Shown: piece by piece, positions 52,927-64,000 of the stretch | Numbering within the stretch: the first letter of the stretch is position 1 | How the letters are laid out: every line of letters begins with the position of its first letter | Assembly (NCBI GenBank): GCA_951406725.2 | Contig: OX597827.1 | Span: 63,426,001 to 63,490,000 of the forward strand | DNA from: Octopus vulgaris | Lineage: Eukaryota | Direction of reading: 5' to 3' | DNA: 64,000 bases | Made by a program: the position numbers and the translations under genes | Notes under the pieces: model-generated | What the model was told of the DNA's origin: nothing | The model's input: only the letters and a program-made list of their open reading frames with translations | Database searches by the model: none

Positions 52927-53127
52927 GAAGAATGAATCAGCTGCTTTAGAAGCTGGAGAATATTCCTTGGTTCTTGATACAGACAATGGAATAAGAACAC
53001 ACAGATCTTGTGGATTTAACAGAAGGTTTGGTTTGAATTTCCAAAATAATTTCTGGATATGACAGGCAGCTGAAGAATGAAGGTTGAACGTTATGATTGG
53101 AATCTTGTGACTGTAACAAGCATGTTC

Positions 53128-53298
53128 TTTTCTACTGTAGGCATAAGGCCCGAAATTTTGGGGGAGAGGGCCAGTCGATTAGATCAATCCCAGCACGCAA
53201 CTGGTACTTAATTGATTGACCCTGTAAAGAAGAAAGACAGATGAAGTACTGCTAAGCATTTCGCCCGGCCTGCTAACATTTCTGCCAGCTCACCGGTT
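53128..53298 (-). mobile_element. SINE family B, deleted copy
   Basis: Family B match. Confidence 0.75.
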
Positions 53299-53336
53299 TA
53301 CTATAACAAGCATATTGTAAGCATTAAGCATTAACC

Positions 53337-53589
53337 TAGTGGTTCCCAAATTTTTTTCAGGCTGCTGGCCCCCTTTCACTTGGGCCACATTCCTAGTGCC
53401 CCCCCACCCACCGCCCAACTAACCTTCACAAACAGAGACCACTTTCTACCACAAATTACAAACTACAGTATTTCACAAGTAAAACTTAACCTAACTAACC
53501 CATTATTTCATTGCTTTTTTTTACATCCATTGCCCCCTTTTGACCACCCCATTATTGCCCCTTTGTACGACCCACTTTGGGAAGCACTG
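53337..53589. mobile_element. hAT/Charlie-like MITE
   Basis: TIRs TAGTGGTTCCCAAA / TTTGGGAAGCACTG; 8-bp flanks CATTAACC and CATTAACT. Confidence 0.75.
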
Positions 53590-53994
53590 CATTAACTCTT
53601 TTGATACAAATTTCTCTGAGACTATCCCTTGTTGTAAAATTCAAACTTCTTGCTTTAAATTGATTTAAATTAAAAACCCTCTGTTGGAATTGCTTGTTAA
53701 CCCTTTCATTACTGTATTTACTTTGAGATGTTCTGTGTTTCTCTCAGTTATTTTAGATATAAGAAAGAATTTAGTAAAATAACTTGGTTATCATTAAGCT
53801 AGTGTTAGGAACATAAATTGTGACTAAGGTTTGGTGGAAGATTTTAATTCAAAACTTATGAAAACAAGACATTTGTACTACAGAGCCAGAGGCAGTTTCG
53901 GCTGGGTTGGTAACCAATGGAGTACTAGTCACTTCTCATGCCAACTGAACTTAAAACTCTTTCAGGAATTCTGCTTCGAGGACTAACCATTGAT

Positions 53995-54202
53995 TTCAGA
54001 CTTTGGCACATGACTAGCAGTTTGGGGGGAGGGGTAAGTCGATTTCATCGACCCCAATACTCAACTGGTATTTATTTTATCAACCCCGAAAGGATGAAAG
54101 GCAAAGTCGACCTCGGCGGAATTTGAACTGAGAACATAAAGCCAGATCAAATGCTGCTAAGCAATTTGCCCAGCGTGCTAACAGTTCTGCCAGCTCACCA
54201 CC
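53995..54202 (-). mobile_element. SINE family B copy
   Basis: Family B match. Confidence 0.8.
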
Positions 54203-54764
54203 GTACTACGAGGACTAATTTATGCTCCAAACATTAAATTTTACAAAATTCTTCTTTATTTTCAAAATGAATTTAAACAAAGCCTATGTATTTCAATAGA
54301 AATGCGATAACAAAAGGGTTAATGTGAATGTATTATTGAATGGTAATGATGAATAGATCCTCTCAGAATTTTGCAGAAGAACAGGAATAACCATATCAAG
54401 TACAACATGAATAACAAGATGAATAATAATAATAATAATAATATGAAACATACTGAAAAATAAGACTGTTTCAGCAATAGCTTTAACAATAACATCCATA
54501 ACAACAACTGTATCAACAACAACAATAATAATGATAATAATGATAACTAAAGCAATTGTTATAACAACAATTGTATCGACATAAATAAGAACAACCATAT
54601 CAACAACAACAACTATAGAAGCAAATCAGCCATAACAACAATCATGTCAACAACTACAACAATATCAACAATAACAAATGTACAATCATCATCAATTACA
54701 TTGATAAACACAATATCAACAACTACAGTCATAACAACACGATCGACCGTATTAATAAACACAA

Positions 54765-55016
54765 TGCCTTGTGAGTGGATTTGGTAGACGGAAACTGAAA
54801 GAAGCCTGTCGTATATATCTATATATGTGTGTGTTTGTGTGTCTGTGTTTGTCTCCCTAGCATTGCTTGACAACCGATGCTGGTGTGTTTACGTCCCCAT
54901 CACTTACCGGTTCGGCAAAAAAGACTGATAGAAATAAGTACTGGGCTTACAAAGAATAAGTCCCGAGGTCGATTTGCTCGACTAAAGGCAGTAATGACTG
55001 AAACAAGTAAAAGAGT
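54765..55016 (+). mobile_element. SINE family A, 5'-truncated
   Basis: Family A match. Confidence 0.85.
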
Positions 55017-55082
55017 ATATATATATATATATATATATAGGCAAACTTGGATATACATTATATATATATATATATATATATT

Positions 55083-55316
55083 CGAGCGTGGTCGTTGCCA
55101 GTACCGCCTTACTGGCCCTCGTGCCGGTGGCACGTAAAAAGCACCCACTACACTCTCGGAGTGGTTGGCGTTAGGAAGGGCATCCAGCTGTAGAAACCCT
55201 GCCAAATCAAGATTGGAGCCTGGTGCAGCCATCTGGTTCACCAGCCCTCAGTCAAAATTGTCCAACCCATGCAAGCATGGAAAGCGGACGTTAATCGATG
55301 ATGATGATGATGATGA
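55083..55316 (+). mobile_element. RTE 3' UTR copy with (GAT)n tail
   Basis: Matches 51480-51698. Confidence 0.8.
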
Positions 55317-55571
55317 ATATTGACAACAATAACAACAGCCATAACAACAACATCAACTGAATTAATAAACACAATATTAACAGCAACCATAACAACGACA
55401 TCAACTGTATCAATAAATACAATATCTACAACAACGACCGTGACATGTGAATGTATGTGTGTGTGTGGGGGGGGTTGAGGCTAAATTATTACAACAACAT
55501 CTATTACAGCAATTGTCCTAGCATCTTCAACAACAATGTGAACTTGAGTGTAAACCGCTTTAAAAACCTAC

Positions 55572-56106
55572 GGAAAGACCTCCTCCTGTCTTTCCTGCTT
55601 TTCTCGCAAATTATTGGTTTTAAAAAAAAATTTTTTTTTGTCAAAAACCCACATTTTTGGATAAGGAGATTCCAGAAAATGCCAAAAATTGGAATTTCGA
55701 TATTTCTGCCCCACCCCTTTACACCCCAATTTCTTCATTTTCTAACTTTTTTCCATAACCCTAAACCTAAAACCCCAACTCTAACCCTAAAACCCTAACC
55801 CAAACCTTAACCCTGACCCTAAAACCCTAACCCTAAAATGCTGACCCTGACCCTAAAACCCTAACCCTAACCCTAAGTAGAAAATTTGGGAAATTTTTTT
55901 CAGAATCATAATCTCCATATTTTTCTGCATATTTTGAAAACAAAAATTAAAAAAAGAATTTTAGTGAGGGATGGGGTAATTTCAAAATGCTGATTTTTTT
56001 GCAGATTCGTATTCTCTGTAACTGAAAATGTGAGTTTGCGTAGATATAACAATTATATAAATAAAAAAAGGGGTGTTTTCGGTCGGGTACAAAAGGGAGT
56101 CTTGCC
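55572..56106. mobile_element. Merlin-like MITE with central degenerate (TAACCC)n tract, 8-bp TSD AAACCTAC
   Basis: Termini GGAAAGAC / GTCTTGCC; TSD at 55564-55571 and 56107-56114; diverged long TIRs; telomere-like repeats 55756-55875. Confidence 0.8.
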
Positions 56107-56274
56107 AAACCTACTTTTTTCCTTTAATAAAGTGGTGAACTGGCAGAATCGTTGATACACCGAACAAAATGTTTAATGGCATACCTTCCGGCTCTTTATG
56201 TTCTGAGTTTGGACGCCGAGCCAACTTCGCAGCATTATAAATCAATGCAGTAGTAATTTATTTAAGATCCTTCC

Positions 56275-56500
56275 CGAGTTTTAGACCCATAGGGCCGGCT
56301 TCCCCAGTTTCCATGGTCACATATATCCCCACCACCACCACCACTGTATGGGACATGAGTCCATTGCAAGAATATTTAATTCTGCCGGTCAACGTTAAAT
56401 GAAGTGGTTTGTTCAAGAACACAACACGCTCGGGAATTGAAACCACAATCTTCTGGTCACGAGTCCGATACCCCTAACCACTAAGCCACGCCCCTCCACA
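56275..56500 (-). mobile_element. CORE-type SINE family D, diverged (tail T1)
   Basis: Similar to 13325-13549. Confidence 0.65.
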
Positions 56501-56519
56501 TAGTATACACACACACACA

Positions 56520-56709
56520 TTCTTTTATTTGTTTGAGTCATTTGACTGCGGCCATGCTGGAGCACTGCCATTAGTCGAACAAATCTACCCCAGGACTTAT
56601 TCTTTGTAAGCCTAGTACTTATTCTATCGGTCTCTTTTGCTGATCCGCTAAGTTATGGGGACGTAAACACAGCAGCATCAGTTGTCAAGCGATGTTGGGG
56701 AACAAACAG

Positions 56710-56742
<33 letters not shown>

Positions 56743-56918
56743 CACACATATATACGACGGGTTTCTTTCAGTTTCTGTCTACCAAATCCTCTCACAAGGC
56801 TTTGGTCGGCCCGAGGCTATTGTAGAAGACACTTGACCAAGGTACCACGCAGTGGGACTGAACCCGGAACCATGCGGTTCGTAAGCAAACTACTTACCAC
56901 ACAGCCTCTCTTACGCCT
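56520..56918 (-). mobile_element. SINE family A, full copy
   Basis: Complete match. Confidence 0.9.
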
Positions 56919-56931
56919 ATAAAAATGTGTG

Positions 56932-57055
56932 ATGCTTACAGCACCTAGGTTTCCCAAGCAGTCGCCCATCTAAGTACTCACTAGGCTCAGCGTTACTTAA
57001 CTTCGGTGATCGGACAAGAATCCATGCATTCAACGTAATATGGCCATTTGTAAAC
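56932..57055 (-). pseudogene. 5S rRNA pseudogene (dispersed, diverged)
   Basis: Minus strand GGCCATATTACGTTGAATGC...GTCCGATCACCGAAGTTAAG...AGTACTTAGATGGG...TGGGAAACCTAGGTGCTGTAAGC follows the metazoan 5S layout with several substitutions. Confidence 0.85.
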
Positions 57056-57637
57056 CACAGACTACCTTTTTTTTCATTCCAGCAGGTAGTAAAGAAAGTA
57101 CCGTATGACAGACTAAAAAACAAATATTGCATTGTGCCTGGAACATTCATTCAGACATAATATTTCTAACTCATTCTACAAGAATTTTGCTGATACAAAA
57201 ACCATTAAAAACAACGAATTTATCCAATTTTTAAATTGTATTAGACAATGTTATCTTACAAATTAAATAGTTTTAGCTTTCATAGTTTACTAATAAATCA
57301 TTTACACGTTCATTTTCATTTCATTATAAATCACCTTTCATAAACAATCGTTCAAAAGCTTTAGTAATAAATCATCCAAACTATATCATTACACTAATAA
57401 ATCAGATAACGTTAACTTTCACATTCATTGACGTTTAATACCGGCCAATTGCTTTACACTTTTCACTTTGTGATCATAAGCGGAAAGTTTACCCACTACT
57501 TGTTCTGGCTGTTTGTACTCGCGAGTTCAAGTCTTGTTATGGTCAACTTTGATTTCAGTTTAAAAAAACAAAACTGCTAGGAATTTGAGAAGTGTTTTGA
57601 GCGGCCTCATAAAATCACTTTAAAATATGAAGTATAT

Positions 57638-57862
57638 ATTTCTTTGCTACCCACAAGGGGCTAAACACAGAGGGGACAAAGAAGGACAGTCAAACGGATT
57701 AAGTCGATTATATCGAGCCCAGTGCGTAACTGGTACTTAATTTATCGACCCCGAAAGGATGAAAGGCAAAGTCGAGCTCAGTGGAATTTGAACTCAGAAC
57801 GTAACGGCAGACGAAATACGGCTACGCATTTCGCCCGGCGTGCTAACGCTTCTGCCAGCTGA
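57638..57862 (-). mobile_element. SINE family B, near full copy
   Basis: Family B match. Confidence 0.88.
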
Positions 57863-58369
57863 AATATACTTAATTTGTTTTTCCACAAAATATATTTGTG
57901 AAATAAGGGTGCGTGTCTTACACGCCAGTAAATCCGTTACGTTTGATAATTAAACTATTTACATTCTCGATTATGTCTTTTGTAGCCTTCCATAGTTAAG
58001 CATAATGAGCATAAGTCCATTTCCATATTCAAAAGTATTGCAAATTTGCGTATATGTGAGTGTATGAATTTTCGTCTTTTTCTTTTTTTCTTCTTGGAAT
58101 CATTAAACACCACTGGAATATTTTTGATTATAGAGATCTGTTCTATCAAGGCTGACCAAAGTCCAAGTAATAATCTAACGCCATACACTCTATTATCTAT
58201 ACAAACTGGACGCATCGTAACTATTGTTAGGTGACCATTAACTCCTTTCTTTTGTTTCTTCATAACTTTCAGAAAAATGGACAGTTTTTAATGAAATTTT
58301 CTATAAATAACTTTCAGATGATATAGAGTACAATTACATCGGAATTCGATGTAGAAAAAAAATATTAAA

Positions 58370-58508
58370 ATTGGTGGGCGCGCGCATATACATACATACT
58401 AATACACATCACATATATATCTCCAATTTTGGAGATATATATGCTATGCGTATCATGAAATTTTGAAAAAAATTGTGTATTAGTATGCATGTGTGCGCAC
58501 CCACCAAT
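58370..58508. repeat. Nested inverted repeat (outer ~35-bp arms, inner 15-bp perfect hairpin)
   Basis: ATTGGTGGG..CATACTAATACACA / TGTGTATTAGTATG..CCCACCAAT enclosing CATATATATCTCCAA TT TTGGAGATATATATG. Confidence 0.85.
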
Positions 58509-58567
58509 AATTCTTCAACATTAAACTTTGATGAAGCTTATTTGTAAAAACATTTCATGAAAAAATA

Positions 58568-58902
58568 GGCGCAGGAGTGGCTGTGTGGTTCCGGGTTCAG
58601 TCCCACCGCGTGGCACCTTGGGCAAGTGTCTTCTACTATAGCCTCGGGCCGACCAAAGCCTTGTCAGTGGTTTTGGTAGACGGAAACTGAAAGAAGCCCG
58701 TCGAATATATGTATGTGTGTGTGTCTGTATATGCCACCCCCCCAACATCGCTTGACAACCGATGCTGCTGTGTAACGTAGCGGTTCGACAAAAGTGACCG
58801 ATAGAATAAGTACTGGGCTTACAAAGAATAAGTCCTGGGGTCGACTAAAGGTGGTACTCCAGTATGACCGCAGTCAAATAACTGAAACAAGTAAAAGAGT
58901 AA
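58568..58902 (+). mobile_element. SINE family A with small internal deletions
   Basis: Family A match. Confidence 0.88.
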
Positions 58903-59969
58903 AAAATATCCAATTTTCTGAAAGTTATAAGGAAACAAAGTCGTATGGAGGAGACACGCTTGTGTAGATATGTCAAAAATAAAAAAATTATAAATATAAA
59001 AAAAATATTCGTTTACTATTGTCTTGGATTCCCGAACCCCGAGAAACAGCTGTTGGACTTATAACACCTGTATTCCACCCCTTTAATTTTCTCTGTCGTT
59101 TGTACCCTGTGTAAGTCGCATCTTTTAATATAAATTTGTATTTATACTTAAATATTTATCGTCTGAAAGTCCCCAGCTTTTGTGTTCTTTCATTTTGCAT
59201 GAATACATATATAGATATTTTGTATTTCATACCCAAACCGTTATATTTAATGTATCTAATTTGTGTCTGGGGAGAGTAATTTTCTTTTTGTGCCTTATAA
59301 TGTAACACACCCAAGACTATTGAAAAGGTTGCAAGACGCAACGAAAATTTTAGGAAAATAAAAAGTAAGAATCAGAAATATTAAATTTCTGAATCTCTCA
59401 TAGAGATATGTACGGTGGTGGGGCGATAGAATGGTTGTATACTGTCAATCTAACGTGAACGTGACAGTAGGGGGTTACACCACCGCTGTTTAGCCCTAGG
59501 AGAAGTAAGAAATAAGTGGAAATTTTACCGGTGAGTGTGTTACATTATAAGGCACAAAAAGAAAATGACTCTCCCCAGACACAACAGAATATGCTTCAAC
59601 ACACGAACTCATTTAAAGAATCTTGCAAACCAAATCCCAAAACGAAATATCTAATTTGGTTATCTGCATAATTGCCTCTAAAAATAAATAAATATATAAA
59701 TAAATAAATAATAGACACTGTAGTCCTCAATACAGCCAAAAAGAGACAGGATGGCTGATGCTGAAAAGCATTCGGTCACAGATCTGTTCGATCAGAGCTG
59801 GTCCAAGGCTAAAGAACGACATAGATGAAAGCTAAAATTTAAGACACAAACGTTCATGGATGGATATTCGCTTTAAGACGTGGACACAACTACGTGATTG
59901 TTTGGCTTGGTAGAAATTGCTGCTAAATCTCTTTTAAATTACAGGTTACTGTCCCTTGTATATAGACAA

Positions 59970-60034
<65 letters not shown>

Positions 60035-60264
60035 GGTTGTGTATGGTCGCAGCTGGCAAACTTTTTATCATTGGTCTATTTGATCACGGCTGACCTGGGT
60101 TTAAACAAGAACAGCGAACCACATTGCGCCAACACTTAACACATTCTCTCACACACAAAGAGACATTTACATAGACACAACCACTGGCCGACCGTATGTG
60201 TGCGTATAAATGTGTGTAGCCTTCCAAAGGACTAACCGTTACATATGTATAATACACACACATA

Positions 60265-60656
60265 CTAGCTGTATCGCCCGGCGTTGCTCGGATTTGTTTC
60301 GACCCTTTAGAATTGGAAATTTTTGAAGAAAAGTAAAAATTTTGCATTATGTAGCTTCTTATTCTCTTTAAGTGAACATTTTTCTGGTTGAAATACACCG
60401 AAATATGGCGACACAGCTGTCAAAAAATCGTAAAAAATAGGGATTTACATAGAAATAAAGCACCTTTTTGATGTAAATAATTTTTGGTCTTAAAATGGTC
60501 TGGTTTGAATTTTTTCTTCTACGGAAGGAAGAGCAAGCCTTCTTGTATCATACTCTCAATTTTGGTCAACTTGCACCGCAGGGTCTCGGAGGAGATAGTG
60601 TTAATTGAAGGCTACCAAACCTGCCATACACAGACAACTTCAGCTTTATATATATA
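60265..60656 (-). mobile_element. Non-autonomous Helitron H1 copy
   Basis: Near-identical to 6740-7132; CTAG end with hairpin. Confidence 0.85.
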
Positions 60657-61059
60657 AGCGTATAAGCGTATGTGTGTACAAACATATAAGCTGTAAACTA
60701 TATATATATGTATATGCTTGTGTGCATAATCATTGATGTATGTGTGTATAAACATAAAATATATGCATACATTCACACGCACACATATGCGTGTCTAAAC
60801 ATATATGAATGCCCTTAATATAAATAAAAATATTTATAGGGATTAATTAATAAATTTTTTCCCTTATGAGGTTTTTCACGCTAACTACTTGATAAATTCT
60901 TATAAAGATTTTATCATATATGAAATATATATATACATATCTGAATGCGTGTATAACACGTATACAGAAAATATACATGTATATACAACGCCATCATCAC
61001 ACACACACAAACTTACATACAACATATATATATATATATACACTCATTCACACGCACAA

Positions 61060-61320
61060 AACGTCTGTCGGCGGGCGGGATAAAGTTGCGACGTTGAAAG
61101 AAAAAAAAGTAGTCAAAATAGTTGCTCTACGCATGCGCACAAAACTTTAAAACTTTTCCTTTTGTCCGCTGCCCACTGTGATTGTTAACGCAGCCGTGTG
61201 CTTGGTTTGGCGCATTGTTTTCTGTCACATAGCCTACGTCCCCCCTCCTCCCTCTTTGCAACTACCCTAGATCTCCCTCTGCCTGCCCATCCTCTCTCTT
61301 TCTCCGGGTGATTAGCGTTT
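61060..61320. promoter_or_regulatory. Candidate promoter-like unique CpG-richer island
   Basis: GGCGGGCGGG GC box at ~61069 and NRF1-like CGCATGCGCA at 61130-61139 in non-repetitive sequence. Confidence 0.3.
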
Positions 61321-61377
61321 AGTAGAAGAAAACCATCTGCCTATGCACAATCGTACGCACATATAAAATACATAAGC

Positions 61378-61677
<300 letters not shown>

Positions 61678-61924
61678 GTCCCGGGTTGATTCGGGGTTAA
61701 CCACAGTAAATAAGGTACTCAATACATAGCAGAGTAAAATTAATTTATATATATATATATATATATGTACGTACGTACGTACATGTGATTGTACATACAT
61801 ACATACATACATACATAAATGCATATATTTAAATAAATATAAATTGCAATTGAAGCGTATTCAGTTCGTTATTGATCTGGTTTTCTTCATTCGATATAGA
61901 ATAACAGAGAGAGAGAGAAAGAGG

Positions 61925-61955
<31 letters not shown>

Positions 61956-62087
61956 CGAGAGAGAGAGAGAGAGAGCTTGTCTAATTTTAACATGCAGTCC
62001 TTTCTTTGTACTGTCAAAAGGTCGAGACCCCTCTCTGTCTCTCGCGTATGTGTGTAAACATTACAACAAACATTTAAATATATATAT

Positions 62088-62298
62088 ACTCTTTTACTCT
62101 TTTACTTGTTTCAGTCATTTGACTGCGGCCATGCTGGAGCACCGCCTTTAGTCGAGCAAATCGACCCCGGGACTTATTCTTTGTAAGCCCAGTAATTATT
62201 CTATCGGGCGTCTCTTTTGCCGAACCGCTAAGTGACGGGGACGTAAACACACCAGCATCGGTTGTCAAGCAATGCTATGGGGACAAACACACACACAT

Positions 62299-62356
<58 letters not shown>

Positions 62357-62513
62357 ACGACAGGCTTCTATCAGTGTCAGTCTACCAAAGCCTCTCACAA
62401 GGCAGTGGTCGGCCCGGGGCTATAGCAGAAGACACTTGCCCAAGATGCCACGCAGTGGGACTGAACCCGGAACCATGTGGTTGGTTAGCAAGCTACTTAC
62501 CACACAGCCACTC
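62088..62513 (-). mobile_element. SINE family A, full copy
   Basis: Complete match. Confidence 0.92.
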
Positions 62514-62589
62514 ATATATATATACAAGAAATAATTTTTGTCTCTTTTTATGAAACAAAAGGATTTATAGGACTTCGAAAAAGAAGTGC

Positions 62590-62960
62590 TGAGTGGCTGT
62601 GTGGTAAGTAGCTTGCTTACGAACCACATGGTTCTGGGTTCAGTCCCACTGCATGGCACCTTGGGCAAGTGTCTCCTGCTATAACCTCGGGCCGACCAAA
62701 GCCTTGTGAGTGGATTTGGTAGATGGAAACTGAAAGAAGTCCGTCATATATATGTATATATATGTGTTGTGTTTGTCCCTCCCCACCATCGCTTGACAAC
62801 CGATGCTGGTGTGTTTACGTCCCCGTAACTTAGCGGTTCGGCAAAAGAGACCGATAGAATAAGTACTAGGCTTACAAAGAATAAGTCCTGGGATCGATTT
62901 GCTCGACTAAAGGCGGTGCTCCAGCATGGCCACAGTCAAATGACTGAAACAAATAAATGA
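62590..62960 (+). mobile_element. SINE family A, full copy (inverted relative to 62088-62513)
   Basis: Complete match. Confidence 0.92.
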
Positions 62961-63057
62961 GAGATAAAGAAACATTGATCATAGAGCAAACATCAAATTC
63001 GAGTCAACGACTTTATATATTACACCATACCTGTAAACATTCGATTATATATAAATA

Positions 63058-63424
63058 CTAGCACTATAACCTGGCAACGACGAGTCATAATGCTAGTGCA
63101 TGCATATACAGATGCGTGCGTGCGCACATACACGCGAGTACTGTCCAAATCTCCGACCAATCACATACAGCTAGCTGGCATTCAATTGGCGTATCAAGTT
63201 TTGGGCATTTTGATTGGATTTTGGATAGAAAATTCACAAAAAGTAGTCACTTCTATTGATTTTTTTAATGGCTTTGCGGGGTGACTGGGGAAATGTAAAG
63301 ATGTGTACGACCACCCTTGGACGGTTTTGAATGACCATAGAAAGTGCGAGCCCTCTAACTGAAAAATTGTGGATTTGTATAAAGGACACACACGCAGACA
63401 TTTTGCCATTTATATATAGAGAGA
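63058..63424 (-). mobile_element. Non-autonomous Helitron, second family (H2)
   Basis: Minus strand starts TCTCTCTATATATAAA like H1, ends CTAG (63061-63058), between host A and T. Confidence 0.6.
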
Positions 63425-63454
63425 TTATCATGGTTCTTAAACATATAAAGTATA

Positions 63455-63672
63455 CTCTCTTTCCTCTTTTACTTGTTTCAGTCATTTGATTGTGGCCATG
63501 CTGGAGCACCGCCTTTATTCGAGCAAATCGACCCCACGACTTATTCTTTATAAGCCTAGTACTTATTCTATCGGTGTCTTTTGCCGAACCGCTAAGTTAC
63601 GGGGACGTAAACACAACAGCATCGGTTGTCAAGCGATGTTGAGGGGACAAACACAGACAAACATATACACAC
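63455..63672 (-). mobile_element. SINE family A, 3' half
   Basis: Tail match. Confidence 0.85.
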
Positions 63673-63681
63673 ACATACAAT

Positions 63682-63714
<33 letters not shown>

Positions 63715-64000
63715 GTCATCATCATCATAATTTTCATCATCATTTAGCGTCCGCTTTCCATGCTAGCATGGGTTGGACGGTTCAACTGGGGTCTGGGAAG
63801 CCAGAAGGCTGCACCAAGACCAGTCTGATCTGGCAATGTTTCTACGGCTGGATGCCCTTCCTAACACCAACCACTCCGTGAGTGTAGTGGGTGCTTTTTA
63901 CGTGCCACCGGCACAGGTGCCAGACGGGGCTAGCAAATGACCACGGTCGGATGGTGCACGGGGGCCAGGCGAGGCTAACAACAGCCACAATCGGATGGTG
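63682..64000 (-). mobile_element. RTE 3' UTR copy with (GAT)n tail, continues beyond window
   Basis: Reverse complement of 51480-51698 type sequence. Confidence 0.85.

Noticed and set aside
55756-55875. True telomere or chromosome fusion site
   Set aside because: Short, degenerate, one orientation and enclosed in a TSD-flanked element.
57955-58263. 102-aa minus ORF
   Set aside because: No recognisable domain; probably decayed repeat.

Overview
Eukaryotic, AT-rich, extremely microsatellite- and transposon-dense DNA. The SINE repertoire (tRNA-headed families resembling octopus OR/CORE-type SINEs) and huge (TA)n/(TCTA)n/(AAT)n load suggest a coleoid cephalopod, probably Octopus (inference, no database check). 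No intact host protein-coding gene can be called; nearly all long ORFs in the track are microsatellite or antisense-SINE artefacts. Supported content: three decayed Tc1/mariner transposons, MITEs with clear TIR/TSD (Tc2/pogo-like, two Merlin-like, hAT-like), non-autonomous Helitrons (one head-to-tail dimer), RTE/CR1/Penelope-like LINE remnants, about 50 SINE copies including a ~2.9 kb SINE tandem array, a 5S rRNA pseudogene and several fold-back hairpins. The most interesting signal is a set of hammerhead-ribozyme motifs: a near-intact minimal type I hammerhead in the 3' half of a tRNA-headed SINE-like unit, plus hammerheads with a long rod inserted in helix II. A few short candidate exons are low-confidence.
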